Shown: piece after piece, positions 38,901-48,600 of the stretch | Layout of the letters: each line of letters begins with the position of its first letter | How positions within the stretch are numbered: position 1 is the stretch's first letter | DNA from: an uncultured bacterium | GTDB taxonomy: Bacteria; CSSED10-310; CAZUFC01 | Assembly (NCBI GenBank): GCA_964619725.1 | Contig: CAZUFC010000043.1 | Coordinates: forward strand, 1 to 60,491 | Direction of reading: 5' to 3' | Length of the DNA stretch: 60,491 bases | The notes under the pieces: generated by a model | The model's database searches: none | Told to the model about the DNA's origin: nothing | The model's input: the letters and a program-made list of their open reading frames with translations, nothing else | Program-made: the position numbers and the translations under genes

Positions 38901-41113
38901 TATCGCCTACGGGAGATTTCACGGGTGAAGAGACGACTGCCGCGGTAGAAGAAGACTGGCCTGATTTAGGTTCTGAAAAATACAATTTCGCTCCTGTCAC
39001 GGGGCGTTATGTGAGAATTACCGCGGAGGAGGATCAAATTCCGGGTTATCAGGTGGGATTGCAGGAAGTTGAAGTGTTCGTCGCTGTGGAATATACCGGC
39101 GATTCTGACGGCGACGGCCTTCCTGATGCCTGGGAAATGCAATATTTCGTCGACCTTTCCCTGGGATGCGAGGATGACCCGGATAATGACGGATTGGTCA
39201 ACTGCGATGAATTGAGTCTAGGCAGCGACCCTGTTCTGTTCGATTCGGATTTCGATGGCTGGTCAGATTCCTGGGAAGCCGGCATGGGGTTCGATCCCAC
39301 TCAAAACGATAAATACGCGGACAGCGATCTCGACGGTTTCGTCAATTACGAAGAATATCTTGCGGATACGGATGCCTTCGATCCAGAATCTTACCCCATA
39401 CTTTTTCATAATTTCCGTTTTTCAGGAGAAACGATAGGAGACGGCGCCGGAATGTCGAGTATTATAATTCCGGATGTGAATAATGACTCATTTCCTGATG
39501 TATTAATAGCCGCACCATTGAATTCAAGCGCTGTTACGGAATCTGGAAAAGTTTATATTATATACGGAAGGGATTTGTCTGAGTTCAGCAATATGACGCT
39601 GGGATTTGCTGATGCCGCCTTTTTCGGTCTAACCGCATATTCTCATTTGGGCGCTTCCATGGCCGGATTGGGAGACGTTAATCATGACGGTTCATCTGAT
39701 TTTATTCTGGGAGAACCTGATACGCCTGAAGCGGAAGGAGGGAAAGCCTACCTGTTTTTCGGAAATTCCGAAGGTTGGTGGGGCGACTTAAGCGCAGCGG
39801 CATCGGCTGACGTTGCCTTTTCCGGAGAATATGCCGGGGCAAGGATCGGCTCAGCTTTATCCTATGCCGGGGATTTAAACGGAGACGGGTGCAACGATCT
39901 TGTCATAAGCGCGCCTGAAGCGGATAACGTCGGGAAGGTTTATATTACATTCGGGAGCGCGGAATCCTGGCCGACGGAAATAAATATGAGCGATGCGGAT
40001 GTGATCATATCGGGAACAAGCCCCGGAGCGCTTTTCGGCTTTTCCCTGGCAGGGGTCAACGATTTTAACGGAGACGGGTATGATGATTTGCTGGTAGGGA
40101 TACCGGCCATGGACCAGTCGCCGCCTGCAGCGGGCAGCGCCTGCCTGTTTTACGGAAAAGCTGTTTGGGCTCAAACGATGTCTTCGGGGGATGCTGATAC
40201 GTTGTTGATCGGTGAAATGGAGGACGATGCAGCAGGATATTCCGTCGCCGGCATTGGTGACTGTGATGCTGACGGTTTTGCCGACCTGGCTGTCGCTGCG
40301 CCCGATTACGGCGCCGGCAAAGCATACATATTTTACGGACGGACTGAAATGCTGCCTGCGCTCGTATCGCTTGCCGACGCTGATATTATTATTGCCGGTG
40401 AAAATCCCGGCGATAAAGCCGGAGCTTCCCTGTGCTCAGCGGGAGATACCGACGGAGACGGCCTGGACGACCTGCTGATAGGCGCTCCGGGATATACCGA
40501 AAACCAGAATACCGGAGCGGTCTATCTTCTTCAGGATGGACCGCAAAATTGGCCCGCATCCCTTTCGGATGCAGAACTGGTCTGGACCGGTGAAAACTAT
40601 TTCAATTATGCCGGCTCGTCCTGCTCAGGAGGCTACGACATTGACGGCGACGGTTATCATGAATTCATCTCAGGCTCGCCGTCAAACCGTATCGGAGGGT
40701 CCGAAAGAGGAAAAAGTTATCTGAGGTTCCCTGATTGCATGCCGTGGCCTGATTCCGTCAATCAGATAGAACTATTCGAAGATTCTGCTTATTCTGTTCC
40801 GCTGACCGGTGCGGTTCAGCCGGGTAATGCCGTCTATGTTCAGGTCAACGGCGATGATCCCTACATGAGACCTAATATCGTTCTCGTCCAGGTGACCAGC
40901 GACACCGATCCGGACGGCATTATCGTGAGTTTGACGGAAACGGGAGATAATTCCAACGTTTTTCGGGGGCATGTCAAAATCGATTACGCCGCCTCTGATG
41001 CCCTTAATCATAGAATATCTGTTTCACCGGGCGATTATGCGACCTTTTGCTGTATACTTGATGATGATGTATTCACTCAAATCTCGATTTCTTCAAAGCT
41101 GATACTAAAATGA
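35990..41113 (+). CDS. Large secreted multidomain protein: LamG, FN3/Ig, CARDB, zinc metallopeptidase (HEWGH), F5/8 discoidin, TSP3-like and FG-GAP repeats
   Basis: Start ATG 35990 or 36014 before a signal peptide; GTIEFWYKP..DEFRISD; HEWGHQWGLVDLY; WWQVDLG..GRYVRI; DSDGDGLPDAWE; GD.NGDG..DL..GAP repeats. Confidence 0.85.
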   Translation: MFGHLIKKMKIRTIFFLFMIFVVFSAGAAEPEELQHDEHTLFLSHFNGSLESSDGAEPLISEGLEFEGGIIGEGVEIDRVDKLQYDAGESGERINTEQGTIEFWYKPYWNGFDHWKISTSRIFTYGNHQNRMWIQVAGTSVQLGFYKYADDVVQSTAATAGISSWVKENWYFVAVTWDIDKELKIYIDGELSSVRDLPRVHLDPYDTFEIGYWDLGWSERALGVIDEFRISDIVREDDEIAQDYVSSAGFDLIGLSLSPGFAAVEIDHEVPMTVHGIFDEAERGRSVSLPFTGYVEWIIDMDPPGCGEFDTENSSVTALELGVINVTAEKDGLLSYENVIEVQEPDPQFVPENLTAESYKIAVDLSWDAVGYSQSAYRDSGSAGYVLYRRNASQGDPFPDDPTEIIEDYNTDQFRDIPPEGGQTYEYKLGTCDEYGNIRSLFSDPVSIYVECFTDLDVTYIERNPKYPRNLGGDRKTWPDVGETVTFTAHVINKGNCLSDPAPYSWRIDDVAMGSGTVPALSADEEFTTELTWDWVDESLPVRFSVDAGGMNEVTGGNDSLLNRTKDNQAALWVEESVFEFFEEREGAVGSFSWEDWINYEYIAFIHQTFEEAVYPLTPDGIRERVRIDTHEVIQDGIIYNAAYPPFKQSENILFDNLWGWPIAVLDGNPLDHGFIGWATHEWGHQWGLVDLYALNVVGDDIFVEDFTGELVAGTEDLPLLSFGVAYLTDRLPYMMGGDYTRWSDFSSYLLDSKTQLRRPDLVGEHLDDFSLENKIRILSAEGEALEEALVWIYHTEQVFWDWYRKVIDNVPDVVDWTDQSGLISLGDEPFGDYADLQFAEGIILIRTRYNQQVDYQFKDQIDFNMSYWAGNLEETVIDIQTDILSSAVPSEENYALFKDASASSFMPRCGPQLAVNGDKTVYSYHWSPVTTEAGEWWQVDLGEQYDVCSVIVYPQAENRKYWWNVYRIDISPTGDFTGEETTAAVEEDWPDLGSEKYNFAPVTGRYVRITAEEDQIPGYQVGLQEVEVFVAVEYTGDSDGDGLPDAWEMQYFVDLSLGCEDDPDNDGLVNCDELSLGSDPVLFDSDFDGWSDSWEAGMGFDPTQNDKYADSDLDGFVNYEEYLADTDAFDPESYPILFHNFRFSGETIGDGAGMSSIIIPDVNNDSFPDVLIAAPLNSSAVTESGKVYIIYGRDLSEFSNMTLGFADAAFFGLTAYSHLGASMAGLGDVNHDGSSDFILGEPDTPEAEGGKAYLFFGNSEGWWGDLSAAASADVAFSGEYAGARIGSALSYAGDLNGDGCNDLVISAPEADNVGKVYITFGSAESWPTEINMSDADVIISGTSPGALFGFSLAGVNDFNGDGYDDLLVGIPAMDQSPPAAGSACLFYGKAVWAQTMSSGDADTLLIGEMEDDAAGYSVAGIGDCDADGFADLAVAAPDYGAGKAYIFYGRTEMLPALVSLADADIIIAGENPGDKAGASLCSAGDTDGDGLDDLLIGAPGYTENQNTGAVYLLQDGPQNWPASLSDAELVWTGENYFNYAGSSCSGGYDIDGDGYHEFISGSPSNRIGGSERGKSYLRFPDCMPWPDSVNQIELFEDSAYSVPLTGAVQPGNAVYVQVNGDDPYMRPNIVLVQVTSDTDPDGIIVSLTETGDNSNVFRGHVKIDYAASDALNHRISVSPGDYATFCCILDDDVFTQISISSKLILK

Positions 41114-41174
41114 AACCGGTCATCCGCAACACCGGGATGTGAAAGGGACGAAACGACAAAACGAACGGTAGTTT

Positions 41175-42767
41175 ATGAGGAAACTAAACAATCTTGATCG
41201 ATTAGCAGTAACCTGTATTTTCTTGGGTATGGTCTGTTGCTTCACGGCTTTCACCTCCGGGGCGCAACCGGTCCCGGATTTCGTTCGTTCCAATGAATTC
41301 GAGGGATACGCGGAATTACTTTTGACCATTACCCCGGACAATGCCGGACAGGCTATCATGGACGACATAGATGCTGCCAAAAGTGAGATTATGATCGCAG
41401 CTTACGGGTTATCAAGCGATACGGTGATGGAGCAACTCCTTAAAGCGTTGAACGAGAGAAACGTTGCAGTAACCGTACTGCTGGAAGGTACTCCTTTTCG
41501 TCCCATTATAGATCAACAGAAAATGGTGTGCAGAAAACTCTCGGATGCCGGCGCACGCATATACCATCAGTATTCGCCTTCTTATTACAGCTCTCACATG
41601 TTCTACAACTACATGCATGCCAAATACATGATCATTGACGACGAGCTCGTTTGGGTCGGGTCAGAAAATTTCACCAAAGTCGCGCTGTCCGTCGAAAAAG
41701 AGGGTTTCGATACTTTCGGAAACAGGGGAACCTTTTTGAGAACTGACATGCCGGAAACCGTCGAGTTTTTCAAAAAGCTGTTCTATTACGATCTCACTCC
41801 TTCTCCGCAGCATGACGTCATAATGTGGAAAGATACTTTGCCTGAAGCGCAACTGGACTGGGACCTCTTTGAAATTGATGATGATCCCGTCGGAACGGGT
41901 TACATCAAAATCTTTCCCGAACCCTGTTATATAACGGAAAAAATTTGCTGCCAGATACTGGTCGCTCCCTGGATTCCGCTACAGGCATCCCGGGGCGTTG
42001 AGAAACTGCTGGAAAACGCCGGCGAAGGCGATTCGATCTATATCCAACAGGCGTACGAACGTTTGAGCTGGTATGAAGATTACTTTGACTTCGATTATTA
42101 TTTGAATCCTCGGCTGGAACTTTCCCGATGCGCAGCCGAAAACGGCGCGGAAGTTAAGATCATACTGAGCAGTTATTACAGCAGGCCCGACGATGAAAGA
42201 GGCAATCACGCCGTTCTGCGGTGGGTTGAAAAGCAAAATATTGAAAATATGAAATTGAGATTGTCCAATCCAGCCGGCAGCGGCGTTCACAATAAAATGA
42301 TCCTGGTACGCAAAAATGGTCGATGCTGGATTCATATCGGTTCTCTGAACGGAAGCTCAAATTCTTTCTTTAACAACCGTGAAACGGTCCTGCAGATTGA
42401 TTCAGAAAGAGCCTTCCAATATTACAAAGATATGTTCCTGACGGATTGGCATAATGCCGGCGTGATGCCTTCCCGAAGCCCTGAAATCGTCAAGGCGGAA
42501 TTGGTTGACCTCCCTGAAAGAAAAAATCGACTGGGAGTCCTCATACACTGGAAACCCTATTACGATGCCGATCATCTCAGGCTCGAACGCAGAACTGATG
42601 ATTCACAAGAATATAAAGTCATCGACTATTACGTCAGCCTGAGAGAAACCAGCGCTCTCGACAGATTTATACCTCAAAAGTCCGTTCTGTATTATCGAAT
42701 CAGGCCTGTAAAATCAGGCTTCCCCGCTGAAATAGCATCTAATGTCGTAAAAATTGAGATTCCTTGA
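41175..42767 (+). CDS. Exported phospholipase D superfamily protein
   Basis: Signal peptide; HAKYMIID..GSENF and HNKMILV..GSLN..NRE motifs. Confidence 0.88.
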   Translation: MRKLNNLDRLAVTCIFLGMVCCFTAFTSGAQPVPDFVRSNEFEGYAELLLTITPDNAGQAIMDDIDAAKSEIMIAAYGLSSDTVMEQLLKALNERNVAVTVLLEGTPFRPIIDQQKMVCRKLSDAGARIYHQYSPSYYSSHMFYNYMHAKYMIIDDELVWVGSENFTKVALSVEKEGFDTFGNRGTFLRTDMPETVEFFKKLFYYDLTPSPQHDVIMWKDTLPEAQLDWDLFEIDDDPVGTGYIKIFPEPCYITEKICCQILVAPWIPLQASRGVEKLLENAGEGDSIYIQQAYERLSWYEDYFDFDYYLNPRLELSRCAAENGAEVKIILSSYYSRPDDERGNHAVLRWVEKQNIENMKLRLSNPAGSGVHNKMILVRKNGRCWIHIGSLNGSSNSFFNNRETVLQIDSERAFQYYKDMFLTDWHNAGVMPSRSPEIVKAELVDLPERKNRLGVLIHWKPYYDADHLRLERRTDDSQEYKVIDYYVSLRETSALDRFIPQKSVLYYRIRPVKSGFPAEIASNVVKIEIP

Positions 42768-42867
42768 AAAGAACAAGTATGGTTAACCGGGGGCGCAGCC
42801 GGCGCTGATATTTCCGCCCGGTTGCCTGATTCATTTAATATTCCGGTAAATATCGATGCGACATTCG

Positions 42868-44124
42868 TCATAGCCAGTTCCAGTCAGGTTTTCCCTGGTT
42901 AAGAAGCAAGGCCTTGACGAAGGGCATTGATTCGCCTTTCGGACCCGTATGATAAATTCCGGTCTGTTCGATTTCAGCCAGATCGATATTGTCCGCTTTG
43001 GGCCAGGCGAAAAGATTGATGCGAAAAATCCTTAGCTTTGAAGAGTGAAACATTCGATAAAATAGAAGCCTGAAACGCTGGGTCATGGAGCAGCCGGAAG
43101 GGGTATTCATTCTGTAAAGTTCCCTGATGCCGGGACGGAATCCGCCGGACGAGGCGCAGCGCGTTCTCCTGACGGCTGTGCGGATTGCATCGGTTTTTCT
43201 GCCGTTATCGTTCGTGCAAAAAGCGTCAAAATACATATGCGTCGTGCCGTGATACAAGTCGTCTTTTGCAACCCTTGCTAATAAATCATTTCTGTCAATT
43301 CCCAAAGCGCCGCACGTTAGATTGATTAAATCGCTCAGGAACAGAGCGCTCGTGTCTGTATGCCGTCCGATCGGCGCTTGCGCTCGTATGCGCCATCCAT
43401 AAAAAAGAGCTGGATTCTCCTCATAAAAATCGGCTAAATCTTTCAACTCCTTTTCATTTATTCCGGACGCCACGGTAGTGGAAAGAAGAGGTCTTATCCC
43501 GGAGTGTCTCAGGTTCTCCAGCGCCTTCATTTTCAGGTCATAGAGCGGCTGTCCTTCTATTTCCTGAAATACATCGTCGGAAAGACCGTTCATGGAGAAA
43601 AGGCAATTGTTCAATCCCGCTCCCGACAGTCGATCAACCAGGGACCGATCACTGAAAGACAATCCGTTCGTTACGACGCAAGTCCTTTTGCCCCGGCTGC
43701 GAGCATAGGCTACCAGTTCCGGGAGGTCCTTCCTCAACGTCGGTTCGCCTCCTGAAAATGCAACATTGCCCTCAAAACGATCAATAATCCTGAAAATTGC
43801 CTTCTGGGGCGGATCAGATACGCCGTCCTCCGGCAGAAAACACATCCGGCATCTCAAATTGCATCGGTGCGTCACAGGTATAACCAATGATCTCAACGGA
43901 CGTTTTTTAGAACCATCGTTCATCAGAGCCTTATAAACCGCTGCATCCTTTTCGACTAAAGATCGCAGCGAACCGTGCTCAGGGCACTCCTTTTCCATAA
44001 AAATACCTGCACTCTCCTCAATAATCCTTGCTTCTATTTCCCTGAAGCAAATCGGACAAAGACTTCTCGTTGAGTCCTTCAACATCCTCCGGCCTGAGAC
44101 ATATGTTTTTCGCTCTTTTTTCAC
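42868..44124 (-). CDS. Radical SAM protein, Tes/MJ0619-like N-terminus
   Basis: T.SLCP.C...I.A.I.E....M.K.CPEHG; CNLRCRMC; FSGGEPTL; TNGL; GINE. Confidence 0.85.
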   Translation of the reverse strand: MKKERKTYVSGRRMLKDSTRSLCPICFREIEARIIEESAGIFMEKECPEHGSLRSLVEKDAAVYKALMNDGSKKRPLRSLVIPVTHRCNLRCRMCFLPEDGVSDPPQKAIFRIIDRFEGNVAFSGGEPTLRKDLPELVAYARSRGKRTCVVTNGLSFSDRSLVDRLSGAGLNNCLFSMNGLSDDVFQEIEGQPLYDLKMKALENLRHSGIRPLLSTTVASGINEKELKDLADFYEENPALFYGWRIRAQAPIGRHTDTSALFLSDLINLTCGALGIDRNDLLARVAKDDLYHGTTHMYFDAFCTNDNGRKTDAIRTAVRRTRCASSGGFRPGIRELYRMNTPSGCSMTQRFRLLFYRMFHSSKLRIFRINLFAWPKADNIDLAEIEQTGIYHTGPKGESMPFVKALLLNQGKPDWNWL

Positions 44125-44428
44125 TAGTTTTCCTTACATTTTTCCAACTTTTCCGGCTGTTTTGTCCTTGACCCTGGCCTGAAGCCTGATAGGTTCTGAT
44201 CGCTCCATCGCCCGGCGGATATTTTATGCTCACACAGAAAAACGGATTCGTCAACAATCCCCAGATATTTGTCCCCATTTTCCTGGTTTTATGCAACACA
44301 GAATTCAATGTAATTGATCTCATAAAAAAAATATGCTATGGTGGTAAGGTCGTTTTCAATGTAAAACGATAAAAAACCCAGTCGGGTTTCATCCTTGAAA
44401 ATCATAAAAAGCAAATGATAGGCATGGA

Positions 44429-44965
44429 ATGGGTATGAGGGCGACTCAAAAAATAAAAACTTATTCGTCACATGTCAGGTATTTCATGATTCATAGGAAA
44501 CGTTTGCAAAGACACGCCATTCGTTTGGCGGATGGAGACGTACATTTTGCCGAAGATTTACTTCACCAGGCTTATATGATTTTCACGAGAAATACTCCGA
44601 ACAATTCTAAAACAGTGGATGAAAGACATGCCTTTCATCGGCTTTGCCTTATTCTTCTGGGACTTAAAAGAGACCATACCAACAAGAAAAAGGAATTTCC
44701 GCTTTACGACGGAAGTTACGATGCGTATGCCTGTTCATCGTTTCTTTCTCCATTGGATAAAGTGACTATGGATGAAGACATTTCGATGATCAGTAGAAAT
44801 TTTGAGCGTTTGGAGTCGAGTGAAAAAGAGTTGTTCCTTTACCGTTGGTATGACGAAAAAAAATGGGAAGAACTTTCAAGGTTATATGGAATCCCGATAA
44901 CGACTGTACGGTCCAGGTACGTCAAGATAATTGAAAAATTGGGTCAGGGTTTGCAAACAATTTAA
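44429..44965 (+). CDS. ECF-type RNA polymerase sigma-70 factor
   Basis: Region 2-like L.R.A.RL......AEDLLH; region 4 L...EKELF..R.......EELS...GIPITTVRSR; start uncertain. Confidence 0.8.
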   Translation: MGMRATQKIKTYSSHVRYFMIHRKRLQRHAIRLADGDVHFAEDLLHQAYMIFTRNTPNNSKTVDERHAFHRLCLILLGLKRDHTNKKKEFPLYDGSYDAYACSSFLSPLDKVTMDEDISMISRNFERLESSEKELFLYRWYDEKKWEELSRLYGIPITTVRSRYVKIIEKLGQGLQTI

Positions 44966-44984
44966 GATAAGAAAGAAAAAAATC

Positions 44985-45692
44985 ATGGCATGTTGCGGAG
45001 ATCAGTTTCGAAAAATAGAAAAATATCATCAGCTAAGCGACGATGATCAGCTTGAACTTCTTCAGCATATGGAGTCTTGCGAGCGATGCCGATCTATGTT
45101 TGCTCTGATGGACGTAATGTTCAGTTCGGAGCGCGTATTCGCCAGAAAACGAAGATGGTTGCGGATCAAAAGGAAATTTGAACAAATTTCAGAGTCAGCC
45201 ATACCTCCTTGTCTGCAGGTCATGAATGTACCTGTAAGGAATGCTTTGGAAGCCGGTTTCAGACCCGTGATATTCGAGATAAATCTAACTTCCTGTATGC
45301 AATTGTCCGATAAAGGTTTAAAAGGATTAGACCTGGACTCCGATCCTGATTCCGGCAAAACTATTTGGCGTCTGCACGGTTATCGTTCCGGGATGGAAAA
45401 TTTCCAGGCTTTCATGTTGACGACACCCTCAAAAATAATACGGGAAATAGCCGATACAAAGGGCGCTCTGACAACGCGCCTGGGAATAGAAATTGAGCAG
45501 CGATTACAGAGACTCCTTGAAAAGGCGGATATTTCCGATCCGATGATCAAGAAATTGTCTGATCATTCAGTATGTCTGCCTGGAGTATTTGAAAAGAAAA
45601 ATGGAGCAGTATCGCTTGTTTTTTCGATTCCATCCGAAATTATGTCCATCATCGTTCAGAGGTCAAACTGGCTGACTATTGCAGCAGGCTGA
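44985..45692 (+). CDS. Putative cytoplasmic zinc-binding anti-sigma factor (zf-HC2/ZAS)
   Basis: Start moved to ATG 44985; N-terminal C..HMESCERC (HxxxCxxC); directly downstream of the ECF sigma; no TM segment. Confidence 0.7.
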   Translation: MACCGDQFRKIEKYHQLSDDDQLELLQHMESCERCRSMFALMDVMFSSERVFARKRRWLRIKRKFEQISESAIPPCLQVMNVPVRNALEAGFRPVIFEINLTSCMQLSDKGLKGLDLDSDPDSGKTIWRLHGYRSGMENFQAFMLTTPSKIIREIADTKGALTTRLGIEIEQRLQRLLEKADISDPMIKKLSDHSVCLPGVFEKKNGAVSLVFSIPSEIMSIIVQRSNWLTIAAG

Positions 45693-45696
45693 TTTT

Positions 45697-48600
45697 ATGA
45701 AAAACGAGCTGCGGAATATCAGGTCAGTCGCAGAAATGAGGGAATTGATCGAGCGGCGATCCGGGATTCTTGAATTATTGGAACAGGAGTTGACCGATGC
45801 TTTGATGGATAACGAGGATGAGGAGACATCCGGTCAATTCAATCGAAATGAATCACAGGAATATGCCGGGTCAGGTTTTCAATACGATGACTTACATCGA
45901 TCCGAACTCTCATTTTTGAAAAGATGGGAAATTTTCCTGCAGAACGGGCCGATCTGTGAGGGTTACGGATGGAATGCCGCAGCTCTGGGAAGAATGTTGC
46001 CGGAGATGTATAATGCCGGGAAATTAAGAAGGATGATATTCGAGAGGGCAGACGAAGCGCTTCCCCCCGAAGGAAATGAATTACTTAAAGCCTTCATTCT
46101 CGCAGAAAAGGGATTGTCATACGCTTCTCTTTATGCGGAAAATGACCTGGCATACCTGAAAAGAGCGGCGGAATGCCTGGAAAAAGCCCTGAAAGTAATG
46201 AAAACGAAGAGTTATGATCTTGATTGGGCGGAGTACCGGATGAAGCTGGGCAAAATATATTACGAGTTCAATACGGATATACCGGAAAACAAAGAGAGAA
46301 GCATTCAATGTTTTTTGGATGCTGAAAAAATTTTTACTCGGGAAGCGCAGCCCGCGAACTGGGCCAAAAATCAATTGGAGCTGGGGAAATGTTACATAAA
46401 TCGTATCTATGGCGAAAGGTCCGAGAATCTGGAAAAAGCGATTCATAGTCTGAAAAACGCTGAGAAAATATTAAATCGTAAGGATTTTCCGCATGAATGG
46501 GCCAATATTCAGAATTTCCTGGGGAATGCTTATAAATATAGAATCGCCGGCGCTCGCGGCGATAATGTAGAAAAAGCCATAGGATATTTTCAGCGGGCTA
46601 TGAGTCTTAAATCACGACAGGCGGCTCCGAAAGGTTGGGCAACCATTAACATAAACCTGGCGGTAGCTTATCTGGAGAGAATCAAAGGCAGGTATCCTGA
46701 AAATCTCGAAAAGTCGATTGAGTGCTCCTTGAATGCAGCAGTAATTTATGATCGCAAAACACATCCATTGAGATGGGCTGCAATACAGAATAATCTGGGA
46801 ACGGCATACGGACGAAGGATTAAGGGGGATTGCAGCGAGAACAGAGAAAAAGCTGTCCGTTACCTGGAGAACGCTTTGAGCGTATATGGGCCCGACAGGC
46901 ACCCGTTGAATTGGGCCAGGCTGAGACAGAACCTGGCGTTGGCTTATCAGCAGCGTCTTATCGGCGACCCCCGCGAAAACACTCTCAAGGCCGTCAAACT
47001 CCTTGAAGATATCCTGGAGGTTATAGCCAGGGAATCTTATCCTGCACTGTGGGCGCATATTATGAATAACCTGGGTTGCTTCTATTCCGACGATATACTG
47101 GCTGATGACAGCGAATGCATTGAAAAAGCCATCGATTATTTTCAAAAAGCGCTGAAAATCAAATCCCTGCAAGCGGCGCCGATGGAATGGGCGCAAACGA
47201 TGAAAAATTTGGCCGAAGCCTATGTTAAACGACTGGAAGGCGATCCGGGCAAAAATATCGACAAGGCGATCGAAGCATACAGGGCCGCTGTGAAAATATG
47301 GAATCGTAAAGAATTTCCTCTCAGGTGGTCCATGATACAGCATGAAATGGGCGTGGCCTATTACAAACGGGTCACTGGAAAAAAATCGGATAATCTCGGA
47401 AAAGCTGCACTATGTATGAAAAGAGCGCTTACTGTTCGAACGCCCGAAGTTTTGCCCGAAGACTGCCGCCTGACCTCCGCATTCCTGGCCAAAACATACA
47501 TCCTTCTCGGCTCTTTTTCCAAAGCCCTGGAATATTTTAAACTCGCCGCAAATGCTGACGCCGCAGCCTACCGGCAGCATATGCTCCCGGAATCCAGGAT
47601 GCATGAAATCGAAGAAGGTTCGGCGCTTTATTTCAACGCAGCCTGGTGCCTGACCAATTTGGGGAGACTGGAAGAAGCTCTGGAATGGCTGGAACGTGGA
47701 AAAACTCGCATACTCTCTGAAACAATGACGCTTGATAAAGCACGATTAACGGAAATTCCTGAAGAAGATAAAAACCTCTACAGTCAATTGACGGACCAGT
47801 TGTTTATACTAAATCAGGAACATCAACTTGAAAGGCGCGAATTTTTCGATGTAGCCCGGGACATTAGAAAAACCTGGACCAAATTGAACAACCTCATTCA
47901 TAAAATTCAGTCTTATCAGCCTCATTTCGTTCGCCAGGGACTCAAATTCCAAAAATTAACTGAAACGTTGCCGGAGTGCGACACCGTTATACTTGAATTC
48001 AACATTACCGAATACGGCGCTTCAATTTTTCTTATTCGCAATCGACAAGGACAAACCGAAATCAAAGTCATAAATGAAGAAAACTTTAAACTGTCCGATT
48101 TATTTCGCTTTGCTGCAGATTGGAGTGAGCGCTGCCGTCAATTGAACAGGAAAATAAACGATCGGCAAGGAAAGATACGTTTGGGAGAAAAAGTTGCCGA
48201 AACGATTAATGACATTTCCAGAGATTTGTTCCAAAAAGCGGGAGCGGCCCTTGAATTATGGAGGCCCAAAGGTCTTATAATAATTCCGCACATGTCGCTT
48301 CATCTTTTTCCGCTACAATTGTTGAATTTCTCCAGAAACGGAGCTCGCGTAAGATTGTTCGACATCTGTGAAGAAATTTCGTTTGCTCCCTCCCTGACGG
48401 TTTTATATCAAAGCGCATTAAACAGGCGACCTTGCCCTCAAAAATTCGCGGGAATAGCCAACCCTACTCTTGATCTGGTCTGGGCTGAAGAAGAGCTCAG
48501 ACGAATCAAAAAACAATTCAGGAATAACGCTAGAATAATCTCCGGACCAGAAGCGCAAATAGATAACGTTCTGGAGGCAGTCAGGGAATCGGGATACGTT

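Noticed and set aside
42868-44124. Assigning the gene name tes or moaA
   Set aside because: Tes auxiliary-cluster Cys motifs and the MoaA C-terminal CxxC and GG motifs are absent
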